In this document: piece by piece, positions 56,561-64,000 of the stretch | Position numbering within the stretch: position 1 is the stretch's first letter | Layout: every line of letters starts with the position of its first letter | Position numbers and translations under genes: made by a program | The notes under the pieces: model-generated | The model's input: only the letters and a program-made list of their open reading frames with translations | Told to the model about the DNA's origin: nothing | Database searches by the model: none | Assembly: GCA_951406725.2 (NCBI GenBank) | Contig: OX597820.1 | Span: 51,460,001-51,524,000 of the forward strand | DNA: 64,000 nucleotides | Source of the DNA: Octopus vulgaris | Lineage: Eukaryota | Reading direction: 5' to 3'

Positions 56561-58584
56561 TATTGTGACTAAATTACCAATGCACTCAGTACCTCAACAG
56601 TTTCTGTATGTTTGAAGTGTAAAATTATATTATTCTTGAAACGAACGTAAATATTGTATGTTTAGTAATTAAGTGTGATATAGAAAAAAGAAAGCTGATC
56701 TTCCTTTCAGATAATTCGATCATACAGATGTGGAGATAACTTAACATTTTAGAATAACTAACCCATTTTTTCAATGCACCTTTGTTTATGATTCAATGAT
56801 TATTGGCTCGCTCGTTTGAAGTAGCGTGTGTCTTATTGTGAGAATACCTAATCTCAAATGTAAAATCCAATGTGCTGCTTTTTAGTTCTAATATGCGCTG
56901 AATAGGCCGACTATTTGAAAGATATATCGAATTATTAAATGATTTGGTTTCATTAAACAGCATTTATTTGTCCACCATCTTGTCTCATTCAATAAACATC
57001 GATGAGCTATGTTGTTATCATAGTGCGGACGATATCTCATATTCTTTCTATTTCTTTCATTATGCAATAATATATATATATATTTGGAAGGTAATATGTT
57101 ATTCAAACTTATGTTTGAATGTTTCTAATTTTCTTGGCTCTATGTTCGCTTGAAATCATCAGATAAATTTGCATGTCCTTATCCTCATCATAAATATCAC
57201 CATAATCATTTAAGCTCAATCAAGTTCGTCGTGGTTCATTTCCTGATTATCAGCATCAATTTATACGCCGTAGTCACATATTTCCAGTGCGGAATCTTAG
57301 TGCCGGATTGGAAGACAGATATTAGGAGACATATACAAGTTACTAGTTGTAACATTGCGTAACGGATTCTCAAAATCAGAAGCAGATATAGGGAGAGAAA
57401 GTGTGGGATAAATCTTAGTTTTTTTTTTTTTCACTGTAACTACAAACGTGGAAGGTAAAGCGTATTTCGACAAGGATGGAAACCAGAACGAAACGAATCG
57501 GAAAAATGAATGCCAGAAATTCTAATATTCTTACCATTCTCTCCACCAGTACCAATATAGACGAGTAGAAACAAAGTATAGAATAACACGGGGTTGATAA
57601 CAAACACAAGCACAAAGCACCCCCTACACCCATACACATACTCACACACACACACATATATTTTTAATAAGTTTAAAGGGATACATTATACTTGCAACTA
57701 TTGTGTTTTCTCTCAAGTCCTTTTCACATTCCACCTAACCATAGCGGTCCTTATGTGTTACGCTAGCAAATGATGAATTGGTAGGCACTGGTTCTCCTTA
57801 TAATTATTAATACTATATATATTTGGATGAGTGAGTGAGTATGTATGTGTATGTGTGTGCGTGCGTGTGTGTGTGTAGAGAGAGAGTGTGTGTGAGAGAG
57901 AGAGAAAGAGAAAGAGAGAGAGAGAGAACACATTTAGGCTGGATGAAAATATATTTACATGCATCAAAACGTACAGAATTAAATTTGAAATTTAATGTAA
58001 TCTTTTAACTGGAAAGTTGTTTCAGGAAACGTAGAATTACATCATCATCGTAATAAACATAACCTGCAGGCAAAAAGTGTAAAATTACAAACTGTGTGTA
58101 ACTGGTAACACTAGCTACATGAAGATATAATCATAATTCCCGCTCCCTCCATCACGAGTAATTGGCAAATGCAGATTATATGGTAGTTTTAGCTAAAATA
58201 AACCCTTAAAGAAAGAGAGCAATTACAACAAAATGAAGGATAAGGGAAGGCGGTAAGAGCAAAAGTGGAAAGAATAGAAGAAACAAAAGGAAAAAGAGAC
58301 GACGGAGAAAATGAATTTAATATCAGCGTAGCAAAACCAAACTTCATTCTCAGTCACGTTAATGCTACGCAGTCAATAAATCGCTTACGAATATCAAGTT
58401 ACCAGACAACAAGGCGGAAAGAGATATGCATTGAGATAGTGAAGTATAGTTCGGTATAGTGGAGGAAGAAAATATGCTGAGAAAAAAGATATGAGACATG
58501 GAGAAGCAAATATAATATTTGCGTATTTGAATAAGAAAATAATGAGATTCATCTATTATTAAGATAACTTATAAGGATTTTACT

Positions 58585-58735
58585 ACAGGTATACCGTCGG
58601 CTACGACGATGAGTACTCCGGTTCATGCGATCAACGGAACAGCCTGCTCATGAAATTAAAATGCAAGTGGCTGTGCACTCCAGAGACACGTGCACCCTTA
58701 ACGTATACCAGCAAAATGAAGCGTGATACAGAGCA
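58585..58735 (-). mobile_element. SINE 3' segment (probably the family of 1500-1800)
   Basis: GATCAACGGAACAGCCTGCTC.TGAAATTAA..TGCAAGTGGCTG.GCACTCCA.AGACACGTG.ACCCTTAACGTA; recalled as a common cephalopod repeat. Confidence 0.5.
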
Positions 58736-59647
58736 TAATTTAATGCACCCTCCAGGCTCCATATTTGGCATGATATCCACTCATGTTCTACCTCGGGGAT
58801 AACTAATCGGATGAATCAGCATAAGGAAGAGGCTGTATATTTCCAACGGTAGTAGAAAAACCCAGTAATAGCCGGGTCTGGCCACTATATCAGATGAATT
58901 TTATTTATGCTAAAACGCCGTAAATGAATATCGGGTTATAACCCACTTTTCCATCAGGCTAGGATTTACAGTTTGGGCTCACTTAATTATACTCTTTGCC
59001 ATCGGGATCACCTAAGATCGTTTTCATACGATCCAATCTCTGTACTCGACGAGTGATGTATACATATGTCCCAGCTGGGTCCCAGAACCGTGTCCTGTCC
59101 TAGTTCATAGTTTGTGAGGTTATGCTATAACATGCAGAGCATTGGCTTTGTAATTTACGTTTCAACGAATTACCCGATAGCCTCGGCTATTACGTTATCC
59201 CATCACTGAATATGACTCGCACTGTCAAAAGTCTCTGGATGCGGTGAGCCGGACTTGTAGTAATACCCACATGTGAATGGTCACCAATTACATGCACATG
59301 GCTTTTTACACATTTCTTCTGCAAATTATTTTGTATTGTGATTATTACGTGACTCTGGTCTTCCTAAGATTGCTATCGATTTAAGAAATTACATATTTTT
59401 TATTATATTTTAACTTATATTTATGTGCTCATTTTAAACATACTTATATGAAACTAAATTGTGTTTATGCCCCATACTACTTGCATTTCTTATTCTCTCT
59501 TTCTCTCTCTCTTTCGCTCTTTCTGTCTTTCTCTCTCTTTCTGTCTTTCTCTCTCTTTCTCTCTCTTTCTCTCCCTATACATATACATATGATCGACAAA
59601 TTATGTTGTTTATTTTCTAACCACTAAGTTTTGTACACACACACACA

Positions 59648-59680
<33 letters not shown>

Positions 59681-59685
<5 letters not shown>

Positions 59686-59880
59686 GAATTTACAAAAAAA
59701 TAAAACCAAAGGATGAAGACAAGTGTGTAAACAATAAACAGATGTATTAGTTTAACGCTCGGGAATTGAGAAAGTCTTTTACGTTTCGAGACTACGCTTT
59801 TCGTCAGAAAGGAACACAGAAATAAACATGGAGAGAAAATAGAAAAAGGTATAATAGCTTGCGATCTATCATGGTGAATG
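59681..59880 (-). mobile_element. PLE-terminus-like element with a minimal hammerhead; same family as 1889-2080
   Basis: Aligns with 1889-2080; adjoins (TA)n. Confidence 0.7.
59776..59811 (-). ncRNA. Minimal type I hammerhead motif (palindromic ACGT stem III)
   Basis: CTTT-CTGACGA-A-AAGC-GTAG-TCTC-GAA-ACGT-A^AAAG. Core intact; two mismatches in stem II. Confidence 0.65.
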
Positions 59881-60059
59881 TCGGACGATTTATGGATTTT
59901 GGGGAGGAAGTAAATTGTGGTAGTGCGAAGGTGCAGACAATGAGGTTAGAGGCGGTGGGGGAGAGACGAGAATACATAAATACAAGCATATGTTCAATTA
60001 TGTGTATAAATACATAGACACGAATACGTATATACATACATATGTACACATGTTAATAA

Positions 60060-61450
60060 CAGCTACCTACTCAGTCATTGTTTATAAGTAAGGGTTGCGA
60101 TCGCAGGAATAAGTGTCGATGTTTATGTTTACCTTAGCAGCGATTAAGGTACGAGACTATCTCCCAGTTTATGTTATATAGAGTATTATTGTTTCCAAGC
60201 AATAGATGTATGTAGTAGAGTGGTGCTTCTTATCTCATCATAATCTCATACTTTGTCAATGCGTGTATAATAATAACCAGGTATAAAAGATTCGATCAGC
60301 TGCAGACGGTGTGGTTGGATATATTTCTTTAGGTAGGTGAAATAAATTGCATGTACGATGTTTAGTATTTTCTCTAAGATGTATGTGATCGTAGAGTAAA
60401 TGAATTTAATGCCTTCTCTTTCAGTTAGTTGCTTTGTAGATATAAAATATTTTTGTAGGAATCTAAGGAATATTTTAGCTTGAGCAGTGCTTAAATGCAG
60501 TATTACATTCAAGTTAAACGATGTTATTATCATTTTGCGATATTGGTTGTGTCGCATTGATTTTGCTGATTCTGCGAGGTGTACAAGATTTAGTTCGTGC
60601 AGACTACCAAGTTTCTTCCTGGAATATTTCTACTAAATACTGACACCAAACGTCCAACCGTCGTCCGTCTTTATGCACGTGGTAGGATGGGTTTTGAATG
60701 CAATAATTATCATACGTGGAAAATTGCCTTAATAATAGTATCTTTCATTTGTGAATTATGTTGGGTGAAGGTGTAACACTGTAGTTCGTTTATATTGCGT
60801 TTGATAGTAACTAAAATAATTTCACTAAGGTTCATAAATCGAATCAATAGGTGGAGTGTGTTTTTCGTTTTCTCGTCCTCCAAAATTAAACGTGCGTTTT
60901 GAGTCACCGTAGTATATATTCGGTCGGCTATATTGAAGTTCGTGCTTATATGTTTTATGAGGTTTTTGACATATATTTCGTATTGCAAGTCGGGCATTGT
61001 ACAAAACGTTCAATATAATGTTGGTAAAAGGCAGTGATATGTTTTGTCTTCAATTCTTTGAGATTTTATTTTCCAAATGCAACAGTATTGTTCTCCAATA
61101 TAGACATATGTATCTTCTACTTTAGTGTTTCTTCGAAAGCATTGTTATTATTTTGGAATAAGGTGTTTCTGGTTGGTTGCAGTTGCTATTCCTCAAACTG
61201 ATACAGAAGAAGTATGGGTAGTGAACAGTTGTTATTGGAATTCAAATTTCAGGCTGGATATATTTTCGTAACAGTTAGTGGTACATTAAATATTTTATGT
61301 TATGAATTTATCAGTATTTACAGTAACTGTCCCTGGTAAGGTTTCTGTGCGTGTAAGACCATGTTTATCATGGGGAATTAAATTTTGAAATATATCATAT
61401 TGGTATGGGTGTTGGTATAAGAGATAATCAAGGTGCGTCACTTGACATTA
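60060..61450 (-). mobile_element. Decayed Penelope-like coding relic
   Basis: RSTTL...YNINWEIV at about 60230-60155 matches the PLE GIY-YIG C-terminal region. It lies upstream of, and on the same strand as, the hammerhead terminus. The rest of the span is not identified. Confidence 0.45.
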
Positions 61451-62316
61451 TTACAATGTTGTTACGTCTTCATTTAAATGTTATAAGATAGAAATATATC
61501 TTACGTAGTGCAAACATGATCTGATAAATAATTCAATATCTTGGATAGATTAGATAAATATACCTATTATATTAATAGCTAACCAATAAGACATTTACAC
61601 CGGCTTCACTTGCTTTCAAAATAGAGATGTTCCACTGTATCGAAAGGTGATGGCGGGGTGCGTGGTCAGTGGTTTAACTCTTACATGGGTCAGCGTATGA
61701 ATTACATTGTATCAAATATATCAAATGTATCAAATATATCCTCAAAACATATGTTAAAGTAAATAGTAGCTCGTACATGAATAACAATGACAGTTAAGAA
61801 AAATGTGAGTTAAAATATCGTCAATACTAAGTCTACCACGTCTAGAGCTTACTAGTAACAATAACTGTATTGATAAAAATTAAGCATTTAATAAAATTTC
61901 ATTGAATCCAGCAGTTTGTCATGACAGTCTCCCCACCATTGTACTGAACGAGTGCAAACTATAACTTCAATGTTTGATGCTTTGAAATATGTATCGAATA
62001 TGTCAACAATGATCTACAGGAAAATAAAAACATCAAGCATTGGATAGCTGGGTAGCTACTGCCATAGATATGTAGTTTCTGAAAAACCGACCCAACATAC
62101 AATAGATGTAGTTCCATCAACCAATTAATAGGTAATAGTTGTATCTTTAGATCTAGATCTAATTATATTTATTATGTACAGAACGAGCACTGCAAGTGTA
62201 ATAAAACATACTGAAATAAAATATATTGTCATAGAGAAGTTCTAGGCTTCAAAATGTAACCGAGAAATGATGCGTCCGAATGCAACTCCTATCTGCACAG
62301 CAATTCACCAACCACA

Positions 62317-62361
<45 letters not shown>

Positions 62362-63437
62362 TGTGTGTGTGTGTGTGCGTGTATGTGTATTGGTAAAAGA
62401 GGGAATATTTGAGCTCATATACTTTGGAAAGAAGGCAGATATAAACAGCCATATCATCTCCCATTGAGAAAGAGAGAGAGAGAGAGAGGGAGAGAGAGGG
62501 AGAGAGAGATTTTTCTACCGTCAAATATGAGAGTCTAGATGAAGATATGGAGAAGCAACTTAGTTGGAATGCACGCATCATTAGTATTATGTCCAATATG
62601 AACTGCAGAAATTGCCATTAAATCCTTATAATATTCCAATTTTTGGTACCGTCCACCAACACTTCTGTACGTTTGTAGAGTCTCATCTTAGATACTGTTG
62701 GAGATTGTGTCTTCCCATACTACAAAAAATAGCCTTGAGTGATTTGAAGAATCTGGGTGGTTGTTCAGTAAATAATTGTATAACGGTGTTTTATAGTTTA
62801 GGTTGGTTTAAAATCTTCGAACTCTTTTTTCTCCAACACTTCCATGAGCATGATATTATTTGTATACAATATTGAAAATATTATACATAAAATATTCCGG
62901 CATCAAATGTCCAGATGACCAATCATATACTAAAATCGATCTCACATAACATAATATCGATACAACAATTGTCACTTTATTCAAAATATTTTCGAAATGT
63001 CCTTAAAGAAATTAAGTGATCTCTAAACATTTAATCTGTACCCACAGAAAGTCTTCCAACTGGATACATTTAGGCAAATGATAATTTATTACTTGAGTGC
63101 GCTATGCTGCCCGAAATTCATGACGTACATCACTATTTCATTTGGTGCAAATAATTTATTAACTCCGCGTGCTAATAACGACCAAAACCTAAGTTATCTA
63201 AGTTTTAGAAATGTGTGTACATTTAGCTATAAAAGACAAGAACATCAGTATTCAAAATTAATCTGGCGTAGCATTAGAAAAAAGGGAAAAAACGATAAAA
63301 TATTCAGATTGTAGGATAGATCAGGTTCTAAAGATAGTAACAAATATTCAAAGAATTTGTAAAGAAACAAAAATGTCTATTTTTTTAATGACTGCTGGAA
63401 TTTATTCATAAATTCATAAACACGCACAACGTTAATC

Positions 63438-63508
63438 ATTTGATTTTGATTTTGATTTTGATTTTTCCAGTTTCAGCTCATGAGCTGTGGCCATGCTGGG
63501 GCACCGCC
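63438..63508 (-). mobile_element. Ultra-short 3' end of the CR1-like LINE/SINE tail with an (AAAATC)n tail
   Basis: Reverse complement reads GGCGGTGCCCCAGCATGGCCACAGCTCATGAGCTGAAACTGG followed by (AAAATC)n. Confidence 0.7.
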
Positions 63509-64000
63509 ATTTATGTTGATATGAAATATTTGAACAAATAATAATCGCAAATAATATCATACTTGATCATTTTTCTTTATTAAAGATGCTTATGATGACG
63601 CTTATACGTCGGCACTGACTAACAAGTAAAGAGTGTCATGTCTATGTAACAGCCACTTAAAAAGATGAACCTTGGACAAAGGTACTTTTGAAAAGAGCGC
63701 ATCTCAAAAGGTATCAGAAAATGAAACACAGTTTAGAAAACATGAGTGAAATGTCTTACAAGTTATGATTTATCTATCATTGCTCGAGGTTTATGAAAAA
63801 AAAGCCGCTGGAACCGTGTTGTTACGAAAAACGGGAAAACAATTTGAACAAATTAATTGAAATAAATAAATGAAATACAACTGAAAATGATGACTGCAAC
63901 TTTCTCGACCACCTACCATGAAAAAGCCATTAACTACGTCAAAGTTAATCACGTTGTAGAAATCTATGCAAAAGAAATCTGTACATCAATATGGAGATTA

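Overview
AT-rich, repeat-saturated eukaryotic non-coding DNA (intergenic or deep intronic). No intact host protein-coding exon, rRNA, tRNA gene or CRISPR array is supportable. The tRNA-derived SINE families and the microsatellite spectrum look like those I recall from octopus (coleoid cephalopod) genomes; this is an inference. Recognisable mobile-element relics include: two Ty3/Gypsy (K02A2.6-like) fragments with tRNA-Ser(GCU)-type primer-binding sites; a decayed Rep/Pif1 Helitron; several Penelope-like (PLE) remnants; mariner remnants and Tc1/mariner and hAT MITEs; two divergent CCHC ORF1-like relics; CR1/jockey-like and RTE LINE fragments; two stacked Dong/R4-clade elements in (TAA)n repeats; and many SINEs. 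Most ORFs in the track are microsatellite artefacts. The main signal the ORF track misses is a set of about seven type I hammerhead-ribozyme-like motifs from about five unrelated short elements, mostly next to (TA)n tracts. These include one with a canonical core (45034-45106, minus) and a two-copy family with a U3-A8 covariant core.
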